Notes: generated by a model not told the origin, from the sequence alone. A DNA stretch of 64,000 bases from Novosphingobium sp. (GCA_031410255.1 JANNYT010000162.1:8167-72166), one strand, 5' to 3'; numbered from the stretch's first letter, positions 9,651-19,803 are shown. Numbers and translations are program-made.

Positions 9651-10397
9651 ATGTTGCGCCGGATGTTGTTTGCCCTGCTGGGGACCCTGCTGCTCACCGC
9701 TTGCGGACGCGGCGGCGAAGACTTTACTGTCAAGATTGCCCGCCCGCCCAGCCGGGTCGCCGTGGCCTTGGGCCAGATCGGTCTCGATCAGCAGATGACC
9801 ACATTGTTCCCCGGCCTCAAGGTCGATCGGACTGCGCCCGCAGATGGCGAAATCCTCTATACCGTGCCGGGCAATGCCGATTTCCCGGCTGCGGTCCACT
9901 TTACGCTCGAAAGCGCCGAAGGCGGCAAGGCGACGATAGTTCACGCGGCGATTGACGTGCCCGATGTTCAAGTCACGATCGACAAGAAGAGCATGGTCAT
10001 CAGCGAAACCAAGGTCGAGATTGCGGTGCACGACATCGTCAAGGACATCGGCAGCAAGCTTGAGGAAGGCGGCGACACTGTGCACGAGCGGGAAAAGCTG
10101 TCGCAGCTGCTGACCGTGCTGGCGGTGGTCACCGATACGCGCAATCTGGCGCGCGCACTCGATATGCAAACCCACCCCGAATGGTATCTGGCTGGGCTGG
10201 GCTGGCTGGGCGGCGATGAAGGCGCGGGCGACTATCCGGTCAGCCCCTATGGCGATCCAGCCGTGCCGCAAGATCCCGGGGCACCTGCCCGCCAGCAGGA
10301 AGCCCGCCAGCAAAGCCAGGCCCGCGACGCCTCGGCGCCGATGAACGATCCGGTTGGCGATTCGGCTGCAGGCGACAATTCGGGCCCTGAGGAATAA
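9651..10397 (+). CDS. Hypothetical lipoprotein
   Basis: GAGGG SD upstream, lipobox LLLTA-C, alpha/beta core, low-complexity acidic/Pro-Gln tail. Confidence 0.75.
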   Translation: MLRRMLFALLGTLLLTACGRGGEDFTVKIARPPSRVAVALGQIGLDQQMTTLFPGLKVDRTAPADGEILYTVPGNADFPAAVHFTLESAEGGKATIVHAAIDVPDVQVTIDKKSMVISETKVEIAVHDIVKDIGSKLEEGGDTVHEREKLSQLLTVLAVVTDTRNLARALDMQTHPEWYLAGLGWLGGDEGAGDYPVSPYGDPAVPQDPGAPARQQEARQQSQARDASAPMNDPVGDSAAGDNSGPEE

Positions 10398-10400
10398 GCG

Positions 10401-11069
10401 TTGCGCAGGTGGGCGCGAAGCTTGATCGCAGTGTGCTGCGGTGCGGCGGCGATGGCCGGCTGCAGGTCTGGCAGCAGCGGCGGCGATGACAGTTACGGCT
10501 TTGAATTGCCGCAGTCCGCCGTCCGCGCGCAAGTGCTGGCGCTGGCCAAATGTCCGTCCCCGCTGCAACGGCTCAAGATCGCCGCCGCGCCGCGCGCGGT
10601 CAGTCAGCCCGACGGCGATACGATCGTGCTGGCCATCACGGCCAGCGACGCCCCGGAGCCGATCGAGCTGCGCTTCAAGTTCGAGAACGACAATGACGGC
10701 GGCGCCACGGCGACCCGGCTGCGCTTCCACCTGACGATCCCGGCAGCGGCGCAAGAGCTTGAACTGGGGCCAGGGCAACTGATCGCGCCGGGCCTGCTCA
10801 GCGAGCGGCTAAGCACCGCGCTCGGCGACTATTTTGATCTGCAGACTGGCTATCAAACCGCGCAGCCGATCGACAACACTAGCAAGATTGCCGCCAAGTG
10901 CCGCGAAATCGGGCGCTTGCTCGATGGTGGCGCGGTGCTGATTTCGCCGGCCTTGGTGCGGGAACTGAAACGCCAGCGTAGCCGTGAGGCGCTCAACTGG
11001 CTGTTCAAGGATAATTACAAACTGCGAACCGATGCAGCGCCCGGCAATCAGGGGGGCTTCGACTATTAG
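10401..11069 (+). CDS. Hypothetical lipoprotein, probable distant paralogue of 9651-10397
   Basis: Lipobox MAG-C; starts 3 nt after the previous stop; colinear motifs shared with the upstream gene. Confidence 0.65.
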   Translation: MRRWARSLIAVCCGAAAMAGCRSGSSGGDDSYGFELPQSAVRAQVLALAKCPSPLQRLKIAAAPRAVSQPDGDTIVLAITASDAPEPIELRFKFENDNDGGATATRLRFHLTIPAAAQELELGPGQLIAPGLLSERLSTALGDYFDLQTGYQTAQPIDNTSKIAAKCREIGRLLDGGAVLISPALVRELKRQRSREALNWLFKDNYKLRTDAAPGNQGGFDY

Positions 11070-12070
11070 CCGACCGCCAGCACGATCTTGCCGATGTGGC
11101 TGCCCGCTTCCATCCGCGCGTGGGCCCCGGCGGCATCGGCCAGCGGGAAGGTCTGATCCATCACCGGGCGCAGCTTGCCAGCCACGACCAAGGGCCAGGC
11201 CAGCTGCACGATTTCCTGCGTCAGCAGCGCCTTGAACTGGTTGGAGCGCGGGCGCAGCGTCGATCCGGTCAGGGTCAGGCGGCGGCGCATCACTTCGGCC
11301 ATATTGATCGTAGCTTGTAGTCCGCCCTGCACCGCGATCGTCACGTGGCGGCCATCATCGCCAAGGCATTTGAGGTTGCGCATCACATAGTCGCCCGCGA
11401 CCATATCGAGCACTAGCTCCACGCCCTTGCCGCCGGTGATCCGCGCCACTTCTTCGACAAAATCGCTGGCTTTGTAATCGATCGCATGGTCAGCGCCGAT
11501 CTGCAGCGCGGCCTGGCACTTGTCGGCCCCGCCGCAAGTCACGATCACGGTCAGCCCGAATGCCTTGCCCAGCATGATCGCCATCGAGCCGATTCCGCTG
11601 GTCCCGCCATGGACCAGCAGCGCCTCACCCTCTTTGGCCCAGCCGCGCTCAAACACATTGTGCCAGACGGTGTAGAGCGTTTCAGGTATGGCGGCGGCTT
11701 CTGCCATCGACAAACCAGTGGGCACCGGTAGGCACATGTCGGCGCGGGCCAGGCAGTATTGCGCGTAGCCCCCGCCCGCCACCAGGGCGCAGATGCTCTG
11801 ACCCAGCAGCGCCGCCGGGGTGCCTTCGCCCAGCGCCACCACCTCTCCAGAAATCTCCAGCCCTGGGATCGGCGAGGCGCCCGGCGGGGCCGGATAAAAG
11901 CCCATGCGCTGGATTACATCGGGGCGATTGACCCCGGCGAAGGCCACCTTGACCAGCACCTCGCCCGGTCCGGGTTGGGGCATCGGCAGTTCGACCAGGC
12001 GCAGCACTTCGGGCCCGCCGGGCGCATCGAAGTGCGCTGCCTGCATGGTTTGTCCAAGCGTCTCAGCCAT
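11066..12070 (-). CDS. NAD(P)H-quinone oxidoreductase, PIG3/zeta-crystallin family
   Basis: GVNRPDVIQRMGFYPAPPGASPIPGLE, LLVHGGTSGIG, GSTLRPRS, HIGKIVL. Confidence 0.94.
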   Translation of the reverse strand: MAETLGQTMQAAHFDAPGGPEVLRLVELPMPQPGPGEVLVKVAFAGVNRPDVIQRMGFYPAPPGASPIPGLEISGEVVALGEGTPAALLGQSICALVAGGGYAQYCLARADMCLPVPTGLSMAEAAAIPETLYTVWHNVFERGWAKEGEALLVHGGTSGIGSMAIMLGKAFGLTVIVTCGGADKCQAALQIGADHAIDYKASDFVEEVARITGGKGVELVLDMVAGDYVMRNLKCLGDDGRHVTIAVQGGLQATINMAEVMRRRLTLTGSTLRPRSNQFKALLTQEIVQLAWPLVVAGKLRPVMDQTFPLADAAGAHARMEAGSHIGKIVLAVG

Positions 12071-12164
12071 TTAGACTATCCCTGTTGCCGATAGATCACG
12101 CATTCACCGCCCTAGCCGCGCACAGTGTTGACAGCAAGGCTTCGCCGTCCGATTCTCTGCCGCA

Positions 12165-12365
12165 ATGGATGAAGATCTGCCCCGGGCCAAAGGTGATGCG
12201 GCTGGCCGACTGGCCAGCGAAAGCCTTGATCCTTATTCGCAGGACGAGCTGACCGAGCGGATCGCCCAGCTTGAGGCCGAGATTGCCCGGATCAAGGCTC
12301 ACCGCGACAAGGCGGCGGCGCACCGGGCGGCGGCCGATGCCCTGTTCGGGGGCAAATCGGCCTGA
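12165..12365 (+). CDS. DUF1192 family small coiled-coil protein
   Basis: LDPYSQDELTERIAQLEAEIARIK..AADALF pattern. Confidence 0.85.
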   Translation: MDEDLPRAKGDAAGRLASESLDPYSQDELTERIAQLEAEIARIKAHRDKAAAHRAAADALFGGKSA

Positions 12366-12380
12366 TGGCAGCGCTCCGGT

Positions 12381-12408
12381 CTTTTAGTCGCGCCGCAGCC
12401 CCCCATAT
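12381..12408 (+). promoter_or_regulatory. Putative RpoH (sigma-32) promoter of clpA
   Basis: CTTTTAG-N13-CCCCATAT. The -10 element matches the sigma-32 consensus; the -35 is imperfect. Confidence 0.45.
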
Positions 12409-12495
12409 AGGTTTGGTTAACCACGCCGGTTCATACTCTCCGCTAGTGCCAAATTCACCCAAGACAGTGTCAAACCTCCTTTTGAGAGACCGCTA

Positions 12496-14883
12496 ATGCC
12501 CAGTTTTGCCCAAAGCCTTGAAAAGACGCTGCACGCCGCGCTGACCAATGCGTCAGATCGCAGCCATGAGTATGCGACGCTTGAGCATTTGCTGCTGGCC
12601 TTGATCGATGATGCCGATGCGGCGCAGGTCATGCAGGCCTGCGGGGTAGAGTTGGGCGAGCTGGGCGAGGTGGTGAAGCAGTACCTCGATCAGGAATACC
12701 AGTCGCTCAAGACCCAGGAAAAGGGTGATCCCGCCCCGACCGCCGGGTTCCAGCGGGTGATTCAGCGTGCGATCCTGCACGTCCAGTCATCGGGCAAAGA
12801 CACCGTCACCGGCGCCAACGTGCTGGTCGCGCTGTTCTCCGAACGCGATAGCTACGCGGTCTATTTCCTCCAGCAGCAGGACATGACCCGGCTCGATGCG
12901 GTCAGCTTCATCAGCCACGGGATCGGCAAGGGCGGCAAGCGGATCGAAGACCGCAGCCCCAAGGGGATCGAAACCCCCGATGTTCCGCCCAGCGAAGAAA
13001 AGACCGCGAGCAAGGACGGCAAGAAGGATTCGGCGCTCGACCAGTTCTGCGTCAACCTCAACGAAAAGGCGCTGGCCGGCAAGATAGATCCGCTGATCGG
13101 GCGCGGCCCCGAAGTTGACCGGACGATCCAGATCCTGTGCCGCCGCTCGAAGAACAATCCGCTTTATGTCGGTGATCCAGGGGTTGGCAAAACAGCGATT
13201 GCCGAAGGCCTGGCGCGCAAGATCATCGAAGGCGATGTGCCTGAAGTGCTTACCAACGCGGTGATCTATTCGCTCGATATGGGCGCGCTGCTGGCTGGAA
13301 CGCGCTATCGCGGCGACTTTGAGGAGCGGCTCAAGCAAGTGGTCAACGAGCTGGAGAAGATGCCCGACGCGGTGCTGTTCATCGACGAGATTCACACCGT
13401 GATCGGGGCCGGGGCGACCAGCGGCGGGGCGATGGACGCCTCCAACCTGCTCAAGCCAGCGCTGAGCGGCGGGACCATCCGCTGCATCGGTTCGACCACC
13501 TACAAGGAATTCCGCAACCACTTCGAAAAGGACCGCGCGCTGCTGCGCCGGTTCCAGAAGATCGACGTCAACGAACCGACGATCGAGGATACGATCAAGA
13601 TCCTCAAAGGGCTGCGCAGCGCCTTTGAAGAGCATCACAAGGTCAAGTACACCCCCGACGCGATCAAGACCGCGGTCGAGCTGTCGGCGCGCTACATCAA
13701 TGACCGCAAGCTGCCCGACAAGGCCATCGACGTGATCGACGAGGTCGGCGCGATGCAGATGCTGGTGCCGCCATCCAAGCGCAAGAAAGTGATCACCGCG
13801 CGCGAGATCGAACAAGTGATCGCGACAATGGCGCGGATCCCGGCCAAATCGGTCTCGTCCGATGACCGGCAGGCGCTCGAGCATCTCGCCAAGGATCTGA
13901 AGCGGGTGGTGTTCGGCCAGGATCAGGCGATCGAAGTGCTGTCGAGCGCGATGAAGCTGTCGCGCGCGGGACTGCGCGATCCCGAAAAGCCGATTGGCTC
14001 GTTCCTGTTTTCGGGCCCGACCGGGGTCGGCAAAACCGAAGTTGCTAAGCAGCTAGCCAGCATCATGGGCATCCCGATCCAGCGCTTTGACATGTCCGAA
14101 TATATGGAGCGCCACTCGGTCAGCCGGCTGATCGGCGCGCCTCCGGGCTATGTTGGCTACGATCAGGGCGGACTGCTGACCGATGCGATCGACCAGCAAC
14201 CGCACTGCGTCCTGCTGCTTGACGAGATCGAGAAGGCGCACCCTGACCTGTTCAACATCCTGCTGCAGGTGATGGATAATGGCCGGCTGACCGATCATCA
14301 CGGCAAGACCGTCGATTTCCGCAACGTGGTGCTGATCATGACCACCAATGCCGGAGCCAGCGATATGGCCCGCAACGGCATCGGCTTTGGCGATGTGTCC
14401 AAGGAAGACGCCGGCGACGAAGCAGTCAAACGCATGTTCAGCCCCGAATTCCGCAACCGGCTCGATGCGATTGTGCCGTTTGCTTACCTGGGTACCGAAG
14501 TGATCGCCCGGGTGGTGGAGAAATTCGTGCTCCAGCTCGAACTGCAACTGGCCGACCAGAACGTCCACATCCAGTTCGATAGCGACGCCCGTGATTGGCT
14601 GGGCGCGCGCGGGTATGACAAGCTCTTTGGTGCGCGGCCGATGGCCCGGCTGATCCAGGACAAGGTCAAGCAGCCGCTCGCCGAAGAGCTGCTGTTCGGC
14701 CAGTTGCGCCACGGCGGCGAAGTCCATGTCTCGGTCAAGGACAACGCGCTGAATTTTGCGCTGACCCCGGCCCCGCCCAAGCTCGACCGCAAGGCAAAGC
14801 GGGCCGCCGCTGAAGCGGCCAAGCCGAAGGCCAGGCGCAAGCCCAAGGCGGCGAGCGAGCCGAGCGGTGAAACCAGCGAATAA
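12496..14883 (+). CDS. clpA: ATP-dependent Clp protease ATP-binding subunit ClpA
   Basis: N-domain, two AAA+ modules (GDPGVGKT, GPTGVGKT), IGF ClpP-docking loop, no ClpB/C middle domain. Confidence 0.96.
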   Translation: MPSFAQSLEKTLHAALTNASDRSHEYATLEHLLLALIDDADAAQVMQACGVELGELGEVVKQYLDQEYQSLKTQEKGDPAPTAGFQRVIQRAILHVQSSGKDTVTGANVLVALFSERDSYAVYFLQQQDMTRLDAVSFISHGIGKGGKRIEDRSPKGIETPDVPPSEEKTASKDGKKDSALDQFCVNLNEKALAGKIDPLIGRGPEVDRTIQILCRRSKNNPLYVGDPGVGKTAIAEGLARKIIEGDVPEVLTNAVIYSLDMGALLAGTRYRGDFEERLKQVVNELEKMPDAVLFIDEIHTVIGAGATSGGAMDASNLLKPALSGGTIRCIGSTTYKEFRNHFEKDRALLRRFQKIDVNEPTIEDTIKILKGLRSAFEEHHKVKYTPDAIKTAVELSARYINDRKLPDKAIDVIDEVGAMQMLVPPSKRKKVITAREIEQVIATMARIPAKSVSSDDRQALEHLAKDLKRVVFGQDQAIEVLSSAMKLSRAGLRDPEKPIGSFLFSGPTGVGKTEVAKQLASIMGIPIQRFDMSEYMERHSVSRLIGAPPGYVGYDQGGLLTDAIDQQPHCVLLLDEIEKAHPDLFNILLQVMDNGRLTDHHGKTVDFRNVVLIMTTNAGASDMARNGIGFGDVSKEDAGDEAVKRMFSPEFRNRLDAIVPFAYLGTEVIARVVEKFVLQLELQLADQNVHIQFDSDARDWLGARGYDKLFGARPMARLIQDKVKQPLAEELLFGQLRHGGEVHVSVKDNALNFALTPAPPKLDRKAKRAAAEAAKPKARRKPKAASEPSGETSE

Positions 14884-14925
14884 CCGCCTGCATAGCGGCA
14901 CAAGTCAGCGGGTGAGACCGGGACG

Positions 14926-16179
14926 GTGAAGCCCAAACTGTTGACCACCCTGCCGGGCACCACCTTGCCGGTGCTGGGGGCAGACTTGCTGGCCGGGCTG
15001 ACCGTAGCGATGGTCGCTATTCCGCTGAGCATCGCGATCGCGATTGCATCGGGCGCGCCGCCGGCCACCGGGCTGATAACGGCGATCATCGGCGGCCTGC
15101 TGGTCTCGTTGCTGGGCGGGAGCCGGGTCCAGATCGGAGGTCCGACCGGCGCGTTCATCGTCGTGGTCTATGGGGTCATCGCAGCCCACGGCTATGACGG
15201 TCTGGTGCTGGCAACGCTGATGGCGGGGGTTATCCTGCTGGTGGGAGGGGTGCTGCGGGCCGGAAACCTGATCGCTTATGTCCCAGAGGCAGTGATCAAC
15301 GGCTTCACCATCGGCATCGCTGTGATCATCGCCGCCAGCCAGATCAACGACTTGTTCGGTCTGGGAATTGCCAAGGTCCCGGCGGATTTCGTTGAGAAGC
15401 TGCCGGCCTTGTGGGCGGTCCGTTCAAATATTAACTGGTCGGCGCTGAGCCTTGGTCTGGCCACCCTGCTGGGCATCGTGGCACTGCGCCGCGTGGCTCC
15501 GCGCTGGCCCGGATTGATCGTGGCCATGGCGCTGGCCTCTCTGGCGGTGGTAATCTGGCATTTTCCGGTCGATACGATCCAGTCGCGCTATGGCGAACTG
15601 CCGCGCCATTTGCCGCTGCCGGCGCTGCCCGCCGTGTCGGCGGCACGGTTGCTCGAACTACTGCCCTCGGCGCTGACCATCGCTTTCCTTGCGGCGATCG
15701 AATCGCTGCTGTCGGCCTTGGTTGCCGACCGGCTGATCGAAAGCCACCACCGCCCCAATGCCGAATTGCTCGCGCAAGGCGCGGCCAATATTGGTTCGGC
15801 GTTGTTTGGCGGGCTGCCTGCAACCGGCGCCATTGCCCGGACGGCAACCAATGTCCGCGCGGGCGGCAAGACCCCGCTGGCCGGGGTATTCCACGCGGTG
15901 ATCATCTTGCTGGTCATGCTGCTGGCAGCTCCCTTGGCGGGCTATCTCGCCATGCCAGCCTTGGCCGCGCTGTTGCTGATTACTGCCTGGAACATGAGCG
16001 AGCCGCGCAAATGGGCGGAATACTGGCGCGCGCCGTGGGCCGAACGGGGGTTGCTGCTGGTGACTCTGCTGCTGACCGTGCTGAGCAGCCTGACGATCGC
16101 GATTGGCGTTGGCGTGGGGCTGGGACTGGTCTTGCGGATGCGGACTGCGGTGCCTGACCTGTCCGGACCAGAGCGCTAA
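14926..16179 (+). CDS. SulP/SLC26 family anion transporter, no STAS domain
   Basis: GGSRVQIGGPTGAFIV signature, AIESLLSA..D, GGLPATGAIARTATN. The protein ends right after the last TM helix. Confidence 0.88.
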   Translation: MKPKLLTTLPGTTLPVLGADLLAGLTVAMVAIPLSIAIAIASGAPPATGLITAIIGGLLVSLLGGSRVQIGGPTGAFIVVVYGVIAAHGYDGLVLATLMAGVILLVGGVLRAGNLIAYVPEAVINGFTIGIAVIIAASQINDLFGLGIAKVPADFVEKLPALWAVRSNINWSALSLGLATLLGIVALRRVAPRWPGLIVAMALASLAVVIWHFPVDTIQSRYGELPRHLPLPALPAVSAARLLELLPSALTIAFLAAIESLLSALVADRLIESHHRPNAELLAQGAANIGSALFGGLPATGAIARTATNVRAGGKTPLAGVFHAVIILLVMLLAAPLAGYLAMPALAALLLITAWNMSEPRKWAEYWRAPWAERGLLLVTLLLTVLSSLTIAIGVGVGLGLVLRMRTAVPDLSGPER

Positions 16180-16457
16180 TCCAGCTGCACCAGTTTGTCG
16201 CGGCCAGTTGCGCCGCGCAACAAGCGAAGTCGTGACGTCGCCGTGCCCAGGGCCTGCGCCAGTAATTCCAGCACTGCAGTGTTGGCATCGCCGTCGGTGG
16301 GTTTGGCCCGCACCTTGATCAGCAGCACGCCCTGGCCCAGTTCAAGCGACTGACTGCGCGCGCCCGGCGTTACGCGCAGCGCCAGTCGCCCGGCCGGATC
16401 GGCGAGCGCCCGGATCGCCGCCGCCGCTGGAAAGTCAGTCCGGGGTTTCGCCATCAT
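16176..16457 (-). CDS. DUF167 (YggU/UPF0235) family protein
   Basis: LRVTPGAR, IKVRAKPTDGDAN, LLRGATGRDK. The start is uncertain and overlaps the end of the gamma-CA gene. Confidence 0.85.
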   Translation of the reverse strand: MMAKPRTDFPAAAAIRALADPAGRLALRVTPGARSQSLELGQGVLLIKVRAKPTDGDANTAVLELLAQALGTATSRLRLLRGATGRDKLVQLD

Positions 16458-17001
16458 ACAGCGCCGCGTGGTGCTTGGCGTTCTGGACATAATGGCCAAC
16501 ACCCAGCTGCAAGCCGGCGATCATCCGGTCGTCCAGCTCGCGCATGAAGGTCGCCGGACGGCCGCTCCACAGCTGGCGCGCAGGGATGCGCTTGCCCGGC
16601 GCGAGCAGCGCTCCAGCCGCGAGCATCGCCTCAGCCTCGATTACGCAGCCGTTCATGGTCTGCGCGGCGAAGCCGACGAAGCCCTTGTCCTCGATCACCG
16701 TGCCGTGGATCATCGCCATGTGACCGATCAGCACATCATCGCCGATCAGCGTGGGGAAGCCATCTGGCTTGCCTGGCATTGGCCCGTCGCAGTGGATCAC
16801 GCTGCCATCCTGCACATTGGTGCGCGCGCCGATCACGATCCGGGTGACATCGCCGCGCAGTACGCAATTGTACCAGATCGACGCGTCTGGCCCGATCTCG
16901 ACATCGCCGATAATCCGGCAGCCCGGAGCGATAAAGGCGCTGTCATGGATCCGCGGCACTTTGCCGTGGATGCCGATGATGGTGGTGTCAGGCCGGTTCA
17001 C
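16435..17001 (-). CDS. Gamma carbonic anhydrase family (YrdA-like) hexapeptide protein
   Basis: IIGDVEIG..SIWYNCVLRGD..TNVQDGSVIH..IGHMAMIHG; His ligands present. Confidence 0.92.
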   Translation of the reverse strand: MNRPDTTIIGIHGKVPRIHDSAFIAPGCRIIGDVEIGPDASIWYNCVLRGDVTRIVIGARTNVQDGSVIHCDGPMPGKPDGFPTLIGDDVLIGHMAMIHGTVIEDKGFVGFAAQTMNGCVIEAEAMLAAGALLAPGKRIPARQLWSGRPATFMRELDDRMIAGLQLGVGHYVQNAKHHAALYDGETPD

Positions 17002-17003
17002 GT

Positions 17004-19256
17004 TCAGCGCATCCCCAAGAAGTTGTTCCAGGTAATATAGGGCAGGATCGAGGCAGAGTCATCGCGCCATACTTGCGGCGCCGGTCGGCCCAAAGCGCGC
17101 CATTCCGCCCCTGGCACCAGCGCCTTGATCCGGGCGATCTGCGCCGGATCGCGGCTGACCGCCACCCAGCTGGTCGCCCAGTAATCGGTATCAGGCTGCG
17201 GGTTGTCCTCGCGCAGCGCCGCAGCCAGCCCGCGCGCCTTAAGTTCGGCGGCGAGCGCCGGTTCAAGGTCGATGAAATTGTTCGAGATGTGGACCATCAT
17301 CACACCGTGCTCGCTCAGCGCATCGAGGTAGACCCCGAACGCCTCGTGCGTGAACAGATGCAGCGGAACCGAATCGGACGAAAAGGCATCGATCGCGAGC
17401 AGATCGAAACTGCCGCGCGGCTGGTGGGCCAGTTCGAGCCGGGCATCTCCCAGCACGATCCGTGCGGCTGGCGCGCACAGCTGCAGGTAGGTGAAGGTGC
17501 CGTTGCGCGACAGGCTGACCACCGCCGGATCGATCTCAAACACCGTCCAGCTTTGGCCCGGCTGGGCAAAGCAGGTCAGCGTGCCCGCGCCCAGCCCCAG
17601 CACCCCGGCGCGGACTTGGTCACCCAGCAGTTCACGCGAATGACCAAACACGATCCCGGCCCCTGAGTCAGGACCGTAATAGGCCAGGGGCATCCGCGCG
17701 CGGGCCGGATCGGTCGATTGCTCGCCGTGGACCGTGGTGCCGTGGAGCAGCGTGCGCATCCGCTCCTCCTTGTGATCGCGCACCGTATAGATCCCAAAAT
17801 AGCTGCGGGTGCGCTGCCCGGCGCGGGTATCATTCAGCGTATCGAGCCCGCCTTGCGCCAGCATCACCGCGCCGAGCAGGGCGACTGCGAGCCAGCGCCA
17901 TGGGACCAGTCCCAGCCCGACCAGCGCGATCACGCCCGCTAACGGCCAACGCTGCGGGCGCGAATCGACGTAGAGGTTGGCGCCGTAGAGCATCCAGCAC
18001 AGCACGCCGCCCGCGATCACCAGCGCGCCCAGCGCCAGCCAGCGCAGTTGCGGATCGAGCCCGGCGGTGCGGCGCCAATCGGGCAACACACCGTGCGGCA
18101 GCAGCGCGGCGGCGGCCAGCACCAGCAACGGATATTCCCACACCCAGTCGAACGCCAAAGGCGCAATCAGCGCGGTGAACAGCCCGCCCAGCGCCCCGCC
18201 GGCCGACATCGCTAGGTAAAACGTGGTGAGGTGCTCGGCTGCGGGGCGCAGATCGTAGAGCCGTGAATGGAGCGCAGTGCAGACGAAGAACAGCAGCACC
18301 ACGCTGCAGATCAGCGGCACCAGCCCCATCCAGCCATAGGACACCGCCGCCATCCCGCCGACCGTCAGCACCGCGGCCCAGGCCAGCGCGGCACAGACCC
18401 GCGCCGGACCGCGCCAGTCGGCAAAGGCAATCACAAAGCTGAGCAGATAGAGCCCGAGCGGGACCACCCACAGCAGCGGCATGGCGAAAATGTCGGTGGT
18501 GAGGTGCGTTGTGGTCGAGAGCATCAGCCCTGAGGGCACCGCGGCCAGCAAGACCCATTGCCCGATCCGCGCGCGCGGAATTGTGTCGGTACCGCCTCCT
18601 TGTGGTACCATGCTACCTTGCGCAACAGCTCCCACCGGCATGTTCCAGCGTGCCCGGGCTGACAGCGCGACCAGCACCACCAGCAGCGCATAGCCGCCGG
18701 TCCACAGCCAGGCCTGCGCGCGCAGCGGCAACAGCGGCTCGGCCAGCAGCGGATAAGCGATCAACCCGCCAAAGCTGCCCAGGTTCGACGCGGCATAGAG
18801 CGCCCACGGCTGCCCGGCAGCGGAATGCGCGGCATACCAGCGCTGCATCAACGGAGCCTGAGCGGATACCGCAAAAAACACCGGTCCCACGCTGAGCGCC
18901 AGCAAAAGCGGGACCCACCACACCTCGTTGCCCGGTGGCGGCGGCGGCAATTGCACCAATCCAACCGGCAAAGTCAGCGCGGCCAGGGCAAACAGCGCCA
19001 AATGGATCTGCACCTGCCGCCGCAGAGTCAGCCGCGAAAGCCGATGGGCATAGTAATATCCCGCCAGCAGCAGCGCCTGATAAACCAGCATCGCGCTGTT
19101 CCAGACGTTGGGCGCGCCGCCCAGCCGAGGCAGCGCCATCCGCGCAACCATCGGCTGGATTAGGAACAGCAGAAAGCTGCCGGTCAGGATCGTGACCGTG
19201 AATAGCGCCCCTGCTACTTTGCCCCCGCCAGTAGCGCTGCCCCCCGGCTCACTCAT
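17004..19256 (-). CDS. Fused multi-TM / spermidine-synthase-like SAM-dependent transferase
   Basis: About 13 hydrophobic helices followed by a Rossmann domain: RSYFG, LLHGTTVHG, VLGLGAGTL, FEIDPAV, GDAR, IDAFSSDSVPLHL. Confidence 0.85.
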   Translation of the reverse strand: MSEPGGSATGGGKVAGALFTVTILTGSFLLFLIQPMVARMALPRLGGAPNVWNSAMLVYQALLLAGYYYAHRLSRLTLRRQVQIHLALFALAALTLPVGLVQLPPPPPGNEVWWVPLLLALSVGPVFFAVSAQAPLMQRWYAAHSAAGQPWALYAASNLGSFGGLIAYPLLAEPLLPLRAQAWLWTGGYALLVVLVALSARARWNMPVGAVAQGSMVPQGGGTDTIPRARIGQWVLLAAVPSGLMLSTTTHLTTDIFAMPLLWVVPLGLYLLSFVIAFADWRGPARVCAALAWAAVLTVGGMAAVSYGWMGLVPLICSVVLLFFVCTALHSRLYDLRPAAEHLTTFYLAMSAGGALGGLFTALIAPLAFDWVWEYPLLVLAAAALLPHGVLPDWRRTAGLDPQLRWLALGALVIAGGVLCWMLYGANLYVDSRPQRWPLAGVIALVGLGLVPWRWLAVALLGAVMLAQGGLDTLNDTRAGQRTRSYFGIYTVRDHKEERMRTLLHGTTVHGEQSTDPARARMPLAYYGPDSGAGIVFGHSRELLGDQVRAGVLGLGAGTLTCFAQPGQSWTVFEIDPAVVSLSRNGTFTYLQLCAPAARIVLGDARLELAHQPRGSFDLLAIDAFSSDSVPLHLFTHEAFGVYLDALSEHGVMMVHISNNFIDLEPALAAELKARGLAAALREDNPQPDTDYWATSWVAVSRDPAQIARIKALVPGAEWRALGRPAPQVWRDDSASILPYITWNNFLGMR

Positions 19257-19803
19257 CCGCCGGGCCACGCATCGCGGCTGAGCGCATAAGTCACATGCGG
19301 GCGCAGCGGACTATCCGCCGCCAGTTTGGGGTGATCAAAGTCCACCTCTGGCTGATAACGCATCCCGAGCCGAGCCATCACCGCGCGGCTGCGGGTGTTG
19401 CCGGTGTGGGTGATTGCCCAGGCCGCATCGTCGGCAAGATTGGCGAACAACCAGCCCAGCGCGCCGCGCGCGGCTTCGGTGGCATAGCCGTGGCCCCAGG
19501 TTTCGCGGGCGAGCCGCCAGCCGATCTCGGCCTTGCCGCTGACCGGCCCGTCAGTGCCGCGAATCACCCCACACCAACCGATCAGCACCGCGTCCTCGCG
19601 CCGTTCGAGCGCCCAGAAGGTATGTCCGTGGGCGGTTTCCAGCGCGGTAACCCGGTCAATCAGGGCAGCGGTCTGCACGCGATCGAGCACCGGGCCAAGC
19701 GTGGCCATGACCTGCGGATCAGCGCAAATTGCGGCAAACGGCACCAGGTCCTCAGGCTGCCATGATCGCAGCACCAGCCGCTCGGTCTCGATCCGCGTGC
19801 CGC

